Origin: an uncultured SAR116 cluster alpha proteobacterium
GTDB taxonomy: Bacteria; Pseudomonadota; Alphaproteobacteria; Puniceispirillales; Marisalimonadaceae
Assembly (NCBI GenBank): GCA_902615025.1
Contig: CACMNV010000004.1
Coordinates: 9,242-73,241, forward strand
Reading direction: 5' to 3'
Length of the DNA: 64,000 bases
In this document: positions 29,348-38,161 of the stretch, piece after piece
Layout of the letters: the number at the start of each line of letters is the position of its first letter
Numbering within the stretch: position 1 is the first letter of the stretch
Notes under the pieces: generated by a model
Told to the model about the DNA's origin: nothing
Seen by the model: only the letters and a program-made list of their open reading frames with translations
Databases searched by the model: none
Position numbers and translations under genes: made by a program

Positions 29348-30820
29348 ATGGAAGATATAGTTAAAGGTTTATCCTTAATTTTAGAGTTTGAAAATATAAT
29401 TCTAATTTTAGGTGGAGTATTAATTGGAGTTTTAGTAGGAGCTCTGCCTGGTTTAAGCTCACCAATGGCTATAGCTTTATTAATACCATTTACTATAACA
29501 TTGGATCCCGTAGCCGCTATTGCAATGATGGCTGCTTTATATTGTGCAGGTACTTTTGGTGGATCAATTACCGCTATATTAATTAATGCACCTGGTGCGC
29601 CACCTGCAGTTGCCACAGCTCTTGATGGGTATCCAATGGCAAAAAACGGAGAGCCTGGAAGAGCACTAGGACTTGCTGCTGTTTCTAGCGTCTTAGGTGG
29701 TATATTTAGTTTGATAGTATTTATTTTTGCTGCACCATTGCTAGCACAAGTAGCACTTGAATTTGGTCCCCAAGAATACTTCGGTTTAGCTATTTTTGCA
29801 TTGTCTATGCTTGCAACAATGAGCGGCAAATCTTCCATAAGAAACCTAATCTCAGGTTGTGTAGGGGTATTAATTGGTACAATTGGTATTCATTTAACAA
29901 CTGGAGTAGAAAGATTTACTTTTGATGTGCCAGAGTTAGAAGAAGGTATAAGTTTTGTTCCTGTTTTAATTGGTTTATTTGCAGTAAGCGAATTGTTTAA
30001 ACAATCTGAAACTTTAAACTCGGTTGTTGATAGAATTCATGCTAAGGCCTTAAGACTGCCAACAATTGCAGAATTAAAAAAATTAAAATATACAATTTTA
30101 AGATCCTCAGGTATAGGAACGTTTATCGGAATACTTCCTGCGGAAGGATCTACAGTAGCTGCAATTATGGGTTATAATGAAGCCAGAAGATGGTCCAAAA
30201 ATAAAGACCAATTTGGAAAAGGTTCGCCTGAAGGTATTGTTGGGCCAGAAGCCGCGAATAATTCTGCTGCTGGTGGCGCAATGGTACCAACATTGGCCTT
30301 AGGAATTCCTGGAAGTGGGTCTACAGCTCTAATTCTTGCAGCTCTAATAATGCATGGATTTCGCCCTGGGCCTTATTTGATAAATGAAACTCCAGAATTC
30401 GTTTATGCTATTTTTGGTGCAATGTTAATTGCAAATTTTGGTTTCCTTATTATTGGCTTGATTGGAGCTAAGTTTTTTTCACTGGTAGCATTTATACCTA
30501 AAAAGCTTTTATGGCCGGCTGTTTTTATATTTGCCATGATTGGTTCTTATTCATTTAGTTCTTCAATGTTTGATGTTTGGGTAATGTTAACATTTGGCGT
30601 GATTGGATATTTTATGAGTAGACACGGGTTTTCTGCTGCTCCATTAGTGATGGGTTTAATTCTTGGAAAATTAGTTGAAGAAAGTTTTTCTCAATCAATG
30701 ATAATTCATGATAATAATTTCTTTGCATTGCTAGACAAGCCAATAGTAGTTTTCTTTTTCATACTAACTTTCTTAAGTTTAACAACTCCTCTTTGGACAA
30801 AAGTTTTTAAGAAAAATTAA
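29348..30820 (+). CDS. tctA: tripartite tricarboxylate transporter large permease (TctA family)
   Basis: 490 aa polytopic protein with TctA-like segments (GALPGLS, ILINAPGAPPAVATALDGYPMA, GILPAEGSTVAA). Confidence 0.9.
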   Translation: MEDIVKGLSLILEFENIILILGGVLIGVLVGALPGLSSPMAIALLIPFTITLDPVAAIAMMAALYCAGTFGGSITAILINAPGAPPAVATALDGYPMAKNGEPGRALGLAAVSSVLGGIFSLIVFIFAAPLLAQVALEFGPQEYFGLAIFALSMLATMSGKSSIRNLISGCVGVLIGTIGIHLTTGVERFTFDVPELEEGISFVPVLIGLFAVSELFKQSETLNSVVDRIHAKALRLPTIAELKKLKYTILRSSGIGTFIGILPAEGSTVAAIMGYNEARRWSKNKDQFGKGSPEGIVGPEAANNSAAGGAMVPTLALGIPGSGSTALILAALIMHGFRPGPYLINETPEFVYAIFGAMLIANFGFLIIGLIGAKFFSLVAFIPKKLLWPAVFIFAMIGSYSFSSSMFDVWVMLTFGVIGYFMSRHGFSAAPLVMGLILGKLVEESFSQSMIIHDNNFFALLDKPIVVFFFILTFLSLTTPLWTKVFKKN

Positions 30821-32191
30821 ATGTCCAATAAATTTGATGATCTTGGAAATGCTGAAAATTTTTCTACGTGGTGTTTTAATTTAGAATATAAAGAAATCCC
30901 AAATGAAGTTATTGATAAAATAAAATTAATATTCATGGATAGCTTAGGTTTAATCTTTGCAAGCAGAAATGAGGATTACATTAAAGCGATGAAACAATCT
31001 TTTACTGATAGGGGTAATTGTACTGTTCCTGGACATTTAGAAAAATTATGCCCATCAGATGCAATTGTGTTAAATGGTACTGCAATACATGGAGAAGATT
31101 TTGATGATACTTTTGAAGGAACACCTGTTCATGTAGGTTCGGTAATGTGTTCTTCATTATTAACTGCAGCAGAATACTATAAATTAAAACCAAAAGAAAT
31201 TTTGAAAGGTTTAGCAGTAGGTTCTGAATTAATGTGTAGACTTGCTTTGGTATCACCTATGGCAATACATAAACAAGGATTCCATCCAACTGCAATACTT
31301 GGTGCATTTGGAGCATCTATTGGCATTTCAAAAATATTAAAAAATAGTGTATTACAAACAACCTCATCCCTAGGAATAGTTGGGAGCATGGCTTCAGGTA
31401 TTATTGAATATCTAGCTGAAGGCACCTGGACAAAAAGATTACATCCAGGTTGGGCTGGTGCTTCAGGTTGGAAATCTGCTCACCTAGGAAAAAATAATTT
31501 TAAAGGTCCTAGAACTGTTTTCGAGGGAAAAAACGGTATTTTTAATTCTTTCGCTGATAGTAAGATAATTCCTGACTTTAAAAAATTAACTGATGATTTA
31601 GGATCATATTGGCATACAAATAACCTTGCTATAAAACCTTTCGCATGTGGAACAATGACACAACCATTTATTGACTGTGCAATCAAGGCTAGAGAAAAAA
31701 TAAATGATTTAAACGAAATTAAATCAATTATATGTAAAGTAGGAGAAGGAACTGTTCATAGATTATGGGAGCCTTTATCAGAAAAAATGAAACCTACGAC
31801 CCCATATAGTGCAAAATTCTCAGTACCTTTCTGTATTGCTGTAGGCCTTTATTTTGGTAAAGCAGGACTCTTAGAATTTACAGAAGAGCAAATAAAAAAT
31901 CGTGAAATTTTAAATATTTGTTCAAAAATTTCTTATGAAATTGACCCACAAAATGAGTATCCAAAAAATTATAGTGGTGAAATTAATATTATTCTTAAAA
32001 ATTCTCAAGTTATTCAAGAAACCCAACCTGGTTTACGAGGAGGAAAATTATTTCCCCTAGATGAAAAAGAGGTTGAAGAAAAATTTTTTAATAACTTAAA
32101 ATTTGGTAATCTTTCTTCAAGAGAAGTTAATAATGTAAAAAAATTTTTTGCAACTTTCTTTAATGAGCCAGATTTTTCCTTATTACACTAA
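30821..32191 (+). CDS. MmgE/PrpD family protein, paralog 3
   Basis: 456 aa (HGEDFDDTF, GFHPTAILGAFGA, KPFACGTMTQ). Its start abuts the tctA stop with a 0-nt gap. Confidence 0.85.
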   Translation: MSNKFDDLGNAENFSTWCFNLEYKEIPNEVIDKIKLIFMDSLGLIFASRNEDYIKAMKQSFTDRGNCTVPGHLEKLCPSDAIVLNGTAIHGEDFDDTFEGTPVHVGSVMCSSLLTAAEYYKLKPKEILKGLAVGSELMCRLALVSPMAIHKQGFHPTAILGAFGASIGISKILKNSVLQTTSSLGIVGSMASGIIEYLAEGTWTKRLHPGWAGASGWKSAHLGKNNFKGPRTVFEGKNGIFNSFADSKIIPDFKKLTDDLGSYWHTNNLAIKPFACGTMTQPFIDCAIKAREKINDLNEIKSIICKVGEGTVHRLWEPLSEKMKPTTPYSAKFSVPFCIAVGLYFGKAGLLEFTEEQIKNREILNICSKISYEIDPQNEYPKNYSGEINIILKNSQVIQETQPGLRGGKLFPLDEKEVEEKFFNNLKFGNLSSREVNNVKKFFATFFNEPDFSLLH

Positions 32192-33198
32192 ATTTCTTTA
32201 TTACAAAAATCACCAAATAACATTGCTTTGAATTTTGGTCCTTTCTCAAAAAAGTTTCCCCTATTAACTACCCATTTTACATGGTCTTTATAATTTGGAT
32301 CTGAATTAATTTTTATTCCCCATAGACCTTCAGCCTCATTAGGAATTGCAGAATATCTTACATCAATTATTAGATCTTTGTCTTTGTCATACCCAAGGTA
32401 CTCTTGTGAAAACCAGCTAAACCTTAAAATATCATTGAATTGCTTACTATCTTTATTTAAATTTTTATAATGAATATTAGTATCAAATTTTTCAATAGTT
32501 TCTCCAAAGCAAAACTTTGTCTTTCCAATCAGATTTACAGAATCTACATAATATTTACCCTCATATAAATATACTATTTTCCACAAAAAAAGATTTCCCA
32601 AACTCGGTTTAACAGTAATTTTTTTAAAGTCGTGATTTCTGTATTTAGCAAGATTTTTTGCTTCTTTTAAGGCTACTGAACTTTGAAAAAACCCAAATCC
32701 CAAATACAAAAAAATCCAAATAAAGCTGATCATATTTAAGAACTTTTTTTTCAAAATAACAGCTAAAATCATTAAGATTAAAATCGGTACAGTCAAAAGA
32801 GGATCAATTATTGAAATACTATTCCAAGCAAATCGATAATCTGAAAATGGCCAAAATAACTGAGTTCCATAACTCGTGCATGCATCTAGTAAAGCATGGG
32901 TAGAATATCCAACAAAAGCAAAAATGTAGTTTTCAAAAAAAGTTACATATTTTTTAACAAAATTATAAGTAAATAAAGTAACAATTAGTGCTCCAAAAGG
33001 TATAAATATAAAAGAATGAGTGAATTGTCTGTGATATTCTAAACTTAGCAATGGATCATAAGAAGATTTAATAAATACATCAAGATCTGGAGCTAACCCA
33101 CTTATAATTCCAATGACTGTTGCAACAGTTAATTTTTTTTTAGATGAAAAAAACTGTGATAATAGTCCACCAAAAGTACCTTGAGATATTGGATCCAT
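32188..33198 (-). CDS. membrane-bound metal-dependent hydrolase (YdjM/DUF457-like) with extra C-terminal domain
   Basis: 336 aa. N-terminal half has DPISQGTFG...APDLD...HRQFTHS motifs and TM helices. Confidence 0.65.
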   Translation of the reverse strand: MDPISQGTFGGLLSQFFSSKKKLTVATVIGIISGLAPDLDVFIKSSYDPLLSLEYHRQFTHSFIFIPFGALIVTLFTYNFVKKYVTFFENYIFAFVGYSTHALLDACTSYGTQLFWPFSDYRFAWNSISIIDPLLTVPILILMILAVILKKKFLNMISFIWIFLYLGFGFFQSSVALKEAKNLAKYRNHDFKKITVKPSLGNLFLWKIVYLYEGKYYVDSVNLIGKTKFCFGETIEKFDTNIHYKNLNKDSKQFNDILRFSWFSQEYLGYDKDKDLIIDVRYSAIPNEAEGLWGIKINSDPNYKDHVKWVVNRGNFFEKGPKFKAMLFGDFCNKEI

Positions 33199-33275
33199 AC
33201 AATTATATTTTTGTTATTAAATTATTGACGATATCTATTCTTATACACTACCTTATATAAAGGTACAGTAGTAAA

Positions 33276-34877
33276 ATGTCTAAAATTTCTTATGATGCAA
33301 TTATAATTGGAGCAGGCTTTTCAGGTTTATATCAACTTTATAAGTTGAGAGATAAATTGAAACTAAACTGTAGAGTATTAGAAAAAGGTTCTGGCATAGG
33401 TGGAACATGGTACTGGAACAGATACCCAGGTGCCAGATGTGACACTGAAAGCCACGCTTATACCTATTTTTTTTCTGAAGAAATTTTCAAGGAATGGGAA
33501 TGGAGCGAACGCTATCCAGGCCATGCGGAAATTCGTAAATATTTAAACTACGTTTCCAACAAATATTCATTAAAAGATGATATTCAACTTGATACTGAAG
33601 TAATTTCAGCGACATTTGACGAGGAAAATAATTCATGGATTTTAAAAACAAAGAATGATGAAATATTTAAATGTAAATTTTTAATTACGGCAGTTGGATG
33701 TATTTCAACAACAAACATTCCAAACATAAAAGGTTTAAATAAGTTTAATGGGAATTATTACCATACTGGGAATTGGCCTAAAAACGATGTAGATTTTTCT
33801 GGCAAACGGGTTGGTCAAATCGGTACTGGATCAACTGGAATTCAAGCTGCACCTGTAATTGCTGAAAAGGCAAAATACCTGACAGTTTTTCAAAGAACTC
33901 CTAACTTTAGTGTGCCTGCCAGAAATAAACCTCTTTCAAAAGAATTCAAAGAGTATGTTAAAAATAATTATGATGAACTAAAGTCAATTGTAAAAGAGAC
34001 ACCTAATGGACATGCTTTTCGGATTAGTAAAAAACTTACTTTTGATGTTCCCAAAAAAGAAAGAGAAAAAAAATATGAGGAATTTTGGGAAAAAGGGGGA
34101 CTGCAATTTAGAGGTGTTTTTAAAGATATAATTACAAACAAAAAAGCTAATGACTCTGCATCAAATTTTTTAAAGAAAAAAATTAGTCAAGTTGTTAAAA
34201 ATAGAGAGTTTGCAAAAATATTAACAAACTTTGATCACCCATATGGATGCAAAAGACCTCCAATAGATACCAACTATTTTGAAACCTATAATAAAGATAA
34301 TGTTCATCTAGTTGATATTAAAAATGATCCTATAATTGAAATAGATAAAAAAGGCATTAAAACAAAAAATAATTATTTTAAATTAGATACGATTGTTTTT
34401 GCAACTGGTTATGATGCAATGACAGGTACACTTATAAATTTAAATATAACTGGCGAGAATAATTTAAATTTAAAAGATTATTGGAATGAAGGTCCAAAAA
34501 CTTACCTAGGATTACAAATACCAGGCTTCCCAAACATGTTTACCATCACTGGACCAGGAAGTCCTTCAGTATTAACAAATATGCCAACTGCAATTGAACA
34601 ACATGTTGAATGGGTAACAGATTGTATATCATACATGATTGAAAATAATTTCAATAAAGTCTCTACATCTGAAAAAAATTCACTTGAATGGGGAAAGCAA
34701 GTTAAAGAAGCTGCAGATAAAACATTGCTTCCTACTGTTAAACATTCGTGGTATTTGGGAGCTAATATTCCAAATAAGCCTCGAGTGTTTATGCCTTATG
34801 CTGGTGGACTACCTACTTATACAAAAATTTGTGAAAATGTAAAAAACAATAACTACGAAGGCTTTGCCTTTAGTTGA
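33276..34877 (+). CDS. type I Baeyer-Villiger monooxygenase (cyclohexanone/phenylacetone monooxygenase-like)
   Basis: 533 aa. Has GAGFSGL (FAD), the BVMO fingerprint FNGNYYHTGNWP (FxGxxxHxxxWP) and GTGSTG (NADPH). Confidence 0.9.
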   Translation: MSKISYDAIIIGAGFSGLYQLYKLRDKLKLNCRVLEKGSGIGGTWYWNRYPGARCDTESHAYTYFFSEEIFKEWEWSERYPGHAEIRKYLNYVSNKYSLKDDIQLDTEVISATFDEENNSWILKTKNDEIFKCKFLITAVGCISTTNIPNIKGLNKFNGNYYHTGNWPKNDVDFSGKRVGQIGTGSTGIQAAPVIAEKAKYLTVFQRTPNFSVPARNKPLSKEFKEYVKNNYDELKSIVKETPNGHAFRISKKLTFDVPKKEREKKYEEFWEKGGLQFRGVFKDIITNKKANDSASNFLKKKISQVVKNREFAKILTNFDHPYGCKRPPIDTNYFETYNKDNVHLVDIKNDPIIEIDKKGIKTKNNYFKLDTIVFATGYDAMTGTLINLNITGENNLNLKDYWNEGPKTYLGLQIPGFPNMFTITGPGSPSVLTNMPTAIEQHVEWVTDCISYMIENNFNKVSTSEKNSLEWGKQVKEAADKTLLPTVKHSWYLGANIPNKPRVFMPYAGGLPTYTKICENVKNNNYEGFAFS

Positions 34878-34878
34878 T

Positions 34879-35352
34879 TTAATCATTTGCTATATTATTG
34901 ATTTCAGAAATTTTTTTTCTGAGGTTTGTTATTCTATTCGACAACTCACCACCAACCTTTGAGTCCCCTTTTAAAGATGATAATAATTCAGATACTTCAT
35001 TAGCAAGTTGATTAATTTTACTATTAGCGTCCATTAAACGAACCTGAGTTTTTCTAATCAAAGCATTTAAAACAACATCATTTTTCTTTAATTTTACAAA
35101 ATAATCTTTTGGAATAATGCTTGCGACAACTTTTTGGGAACAAGCTTTAGCTGTAACTGTTCTCTTAGTTCCTAAAAGCAAAGAAGTTTCTCCGAAAACT
35201 TCGCCTACTCCTAATCTGTTTAACTGAAATTTATCTTTTGTTTCTATATTTACATAACCTTCTAATATCAAATAAGCTTCCTCAGGAATATTTCCAATTT
35301 CATAAATTAATTCTCCTGGGTTCCAAATTATTGAATTGTCATTTCTTTGCAT
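34879..35352 (-). CDS. stand-alone cyclic-nucleotide-binding domain protein with coiled-coil tail (no HTH)
   Basis: 157 aa. Phosphate-binding cassette FGETSLLLGTKRTVTAKA. The C-terminal ~50 aa look heptad/coiled-coil-like, and no DNA-binding domain is visible. Confidence 0.8.
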   Translation of the reverse strand: MQRNDNSIIWNPGELIYEIGNIPEEAYLILEGYVNIETKDKFQLNRLGVGEVFGETSLLLGTKRTVTAKACSQKVVASIIPKDYFVKLKKNDVVLNALIRKTQVRLMDANSKINQLANEVSELLSSLKGDSKVGGELSNRITNLRKKISEINNIAND

Positions 35353-35364
35353 AATTTTTTTTGT

Positions 35365-35481
35365 CTATCCCAAAGGAGGCATCCAAAAGACATATCCCCA
35401 AAAAACTACGTAACAGAAAAAAAGAAAATATGCGAAAAGGCCCATTGGCTTATTATCTTTTGTTCTTTCATTTTCTTCCAA
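35365..35481 (-). CDS. candidate small membrane protein (38 aa), unannotated
   Basis: Manual translation gives (TTG)MEENERTKDNKPMGLFAYFLFFCYVVFWGYVFWMPPLG*. AAGGAGA lies just upstream (short spacing), and an internal ATG (MGLFAY...) is an alternative start. It fills most of an otherwise 196-nt spacer between pcaG and the cNMP-binding gene. Confidence 0.3.
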   Translation of the reverse strand: MEENERTKDNKPMGLFAYFLFFCYVVFWGYVFWMPPLG

Positions 35482-35548
35482 TGTCTCCTTTATGTAGGAT
35501 TGGTAGTGTCGAATAATCAAGTTTGACCTAGGCATAATCAATTATAAC

Positions 35549-36121
35549 TTAAAATTCAAAAAAAATCGTCTCTTTTTTGCCTTGAAGATAAATATTAAAA
35601 ATAAAATTTTTTTTATCTTCCGTGTAAGGAATTAAAGTGTTTAATCTATCTTCAATTTTTATATTATTTAACACTAAATCATTTTTTAAATCATTTTCCA
35701 GAAAATACATGCGAGTAATTAATGGCCTGTTCATTCCTCTTGCCACAATCCAAAATGTAATATAAGAAGCAGAAAGAGATCCATCTGTATTAATTTTATT
35801 TCCTGGCCGAATAGTTTTAAGTTGATACTCTCCAGTTTTAAGGTCTGTGACTATTCTTGCGAATCCTTGATTACTTGAATAGTTTCCATTTACGTCACAT
35901 TGCCATGTTTCTATCATCGCATCTATTATTGGTTCGTTATTCCCATCATATATTTTTCCTTTAATATTTATGGCTTCGTTATCGGAAATATCTTGGAAAG
36001 GTATCAGACCCAATTCACTCTTAAAAATATTGATCCCTGTTATTCTAGGAGTACATCCAATATGTAAGAAAGGACCAGCAGTTTGAGAAGGTGTATCTAT
36101 CAACTTTTTAGGTTCATTCAT
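35549..36121 (-). CDS. pcaG: protocatechuate 3,4-dioxygenase alpha subunit
   Basis: TPSQTAGPFLHIG near the N-terminus and a C-terminal ...ETIFFEF, colinear with Pseudomonas PcaG. I prefer ATG 36121 (MNEPKKLIDTPSQT), 4 nt after the pcaH stop, over the track start at 36151 inside pcaH. Confidence 0.9.
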   Translation of the reverse strand: MNEPKKLIDTPSQTAGPFLHIGCTPRITGINIFKSELGLIPFQDISDNEAINIKGKIYDGNNEPIIDAMIETWQCDVNGNYSSNQGFARIVTDLKTGEYQLKTIRPGNKINTDGSLSASYITFWIVARGMNRPLITRMYFLENDLKNDLVLNNIKIEDRLNTLIPYTEDKKNFIFNIYLQGKKETIFFEF

Positions 36122-36125
36122 AATA

Positions 36126-36827
36126 TTACAAGCCTTCTCTTTTGTTTTCAAAGAAAGTTTGTTCTTTACCTCTCAAGACTATATCAAATCTATAACCAAG
36201 AATTTTTTCATTTTCAGTTTTTGAAAGGTCTAATCTTCCAATAAGTAATTTTCTAGCATTAATATCAGGTATAGAATTAACCATGGGACAAGATTTGATT
36301 AATGGATCACCTTCAAAATACATTTGAGTAATTAGTCTTTGGAGAAACATTGACCCAAACAAAGAAAAATGAATGTGTCTTGGTCTCCATTCAGTACCTC
36401 TATTTGGATAAGGATAAGCACCAGGTTCAATCGTTTTAAATATATAATATCCGTCTGAAGAGGTTATAAATCTTCCACAACCTCCAAAGTTCTCATCTAA
36501 CTTTATATTACTAGGATCATTTTGATGTCTATATTTTCCTCCTGCATTTGCTTGCCAAATTTCAATCAAAACATTTTTTAAATTATTTCCATTTTCATCT
36601 TTAACAAATCCATGTACAAATATTTCTTGCCCTAAAGGTTTTTCTCCAATTTTAGAAAAATTTAAAGTAAGATCATTGTCATTTTTATTTATAATTTTTT
36701 CACTAAAAAGTGGTCCTGACATTTCTGAACTAGAAGAATTTATCCATAAAGGCTCCTTGTTTGGTGATCTGGAGATACTTGATTTGTAGTCATGAAATTT
36801 TCTAAGAGGCTGATGTTTTTTAATCAT
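36126..36827 (-). CDS. pcaH: protocatechuate 3,4-dioxygenase beta subunit
   Basis: 233 aa. WRPRHIHFSLFG, ITQMYFEGDPLI..CP and YRFDIVLRG...FFEN match PcaH. Confidence 0.95.
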   Translation of the reverse strand: MIKKHQPLRKFHDYKSSISRSPNKEPLWINSSSSEMSGPLFSEKIINKNDNDLTLNFSKIGEKPLGQEIFVHGFVKDENGNNLKNVLIEIWQANAGGKYRHQNDPSNIKLDENFGGCGRFITSSDGYYIFKTIEPGAYPYPNRGTEWRPRHIHFSLFGSMFLQRLITQMYFEGDPLIKSCPMVNSIPDINARKLLIGRLDLSKTENEKILGYRFDIVLRGKEQTFFENKREGL

Positions 36828-36834
36828 ATTTTAA

Positions 36835-37254
36835 TCAATTTATTATTTTATAATATAAAATTATAATACAAACAAATATTTGTAAAATATTGATTATTAC
36901 TGAAAATCTGTGAAGTCTTTCAAATTTAACTTTTGATAAATCGTTAGATTTAGTTATTTCATCCTTAGCTTTATTAATAAGTGGGGTTAGATATTGTCTT
37001 GAAAAAACAAAACCAAGAAAAATCAAACTGAAACTAAAAATAATTATAAAATCTTTTTCTAATGCTGAAACAAATATCCCAATTAAAGTAATTATTATAC
37101 CAAACAAATAATATTTAGGGAAAAAAGACCTTAAAAAAATGCTAGATTGTTTTTCATTAAAATTTTTAAAAACACTAGGGGCTACAACAATAGGAAAAAA
37201 TATCATAAACCCTAAAATCATTCCTGTAATCAAAATAATCAAATAAACCTCCAA
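36835..37254 (-). CDS. DUF4149-like small integral membrane protein
   Basis: 139 aa with four TM segments. Lies 7 nt upstream of pcaH on the same strand. The family call rests on size and topology only. Confidence 0.5.
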   Translation of the reverse strand: MEVYLIILITGMILGFMIFFPIVVAPSVFKNFNEKQSSIFLRSFFPKYYLFGIIITLIGIFVSALEKDFIIIFSFSLIFLGFVFSRQYLTPLINKAKDEITKSNDLSKVKFERLHRFSVIINILQIFVCIIILYYKIIN

Positions 37255-37300
37255 AAAAAACTTTTAAAGTTAAGCATATTATTATTTAATATTTCATATT

Positions 37301-37837
37301 ATGACTGAAAATTATGATGTCCAAGTTTTAATTGATGAATTAAAAATAAAAAATAGAATAAAAGAACTTAGTAGTGAAATAAATAAATTTTATACAACAA
37401 CAACTAAACTTTTAGTAGTTGGACTTTTACGAGGATCTTTTGTTTTTATTGCTGACTTAGCAAGAGAAATTAATGTACCAGTAGAAATAGATTTTATGAC
37501 AGTTTCAAGCTATGGAAATTCTATGGTAAGTTCTCATAACGTTCGTATACTGAGTGATTTAAACACAGATATTAAAAATACCGATGTTCTGCTTGTAGAA
37601 GATATTATAGATACTGGCCATACTCTTAACCAGGTAATTAAAATGTTAAATGAAAGAGAGCCAAAATCCCTAGAAGTTTGTTGCCTTTTAAATAAATCAT
37701 CAAGACGAGAAACGGATATAAATGTCAACTGGGTAGGTTTTGATATACCTGATGAGTTTGTAGTTGGCTATGGAATTGATTATGCACAAAATAATAGAAA
37801 TTTACCCTATATTGGAAAAGTAGTTCAACCAAATTAA
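37301..37837 (+). CDS. hpt: hypoxanthine(-guanine) phosphoribosyltransferase
   Basis: 178 aa. [30 protein letters not shown] and the PRPP motif [14 protein letters not shown]. Confidence 0.9.
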   Translation: MTENYDVQVLIDELKIKNRIKELSSEINKFYTTTTKLLVVGLLRGSFVFIADLAREINVPVEIDFMTVSSYGNSMVSSHNVRILSDLNTDIKNTDVLLVEDIIDTGHTLNQVIKMLNEREPKSLEVCCLLNKSSRRETDINVNWVGFDIPDEFVVGYGIDYAQNNRNLPYIGKVVQPN

Positions 37838-38160
37838 ATCAAGCTATCTTCAATCCATTTCAAATATTCTTTATTTCCATCAATAATGGGTATTTTTAAA
37901 ATACATGGAACTTCATAAGAATGTTTTTCTTTAATTAGTTTCTTAAGTAAAGGATACTTACTTGAATTAGTTTTTAAAATTAAAAGAGTTTCATCATCAT
38001 TTTGAAGTTTTTTATTCCATTTATAAACAGATTTCATTTTGGGAAAAATATTACCACAAGCTGCAAGATTTTTTTCTACAGCAAAATTTGCTAGAGTAAG
38101 AGCCTCATCTTCATTTTTAGTTGTGATGTAGGCAAGGAAAAAATTTGTGGTTATAGACAT
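37834..38160 (-). CDS. cutA: divalent-cation tolerance protein CutA
   Basis: 108 aa with the CutA1 pattern ([15 protein letters not shown]...DETLLILKT...HSYEVP). Confidence 0.85.
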   Translation of the reverse strand: MSITTNFFLAYITTKNEDEALTLANFAVEKNLAACGNIFPKMKSVYKWNKKLQNDDETLLILKTNSSKYPLLKKLIKEKHSYEVPCILKIPIIDGNKEYLKWIEDSLI

Positions 38161-38161
38161 C

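Noticed and set aside
29326-29838. 170-aa minus-strand ORF overlapping the tctA 5' region
   Set aside because: It is antisense to the Gly/Ala/Pro-rich tctA segment, and its Pro/Ala/Ile-rich low-complexity translation mirrors that composition.
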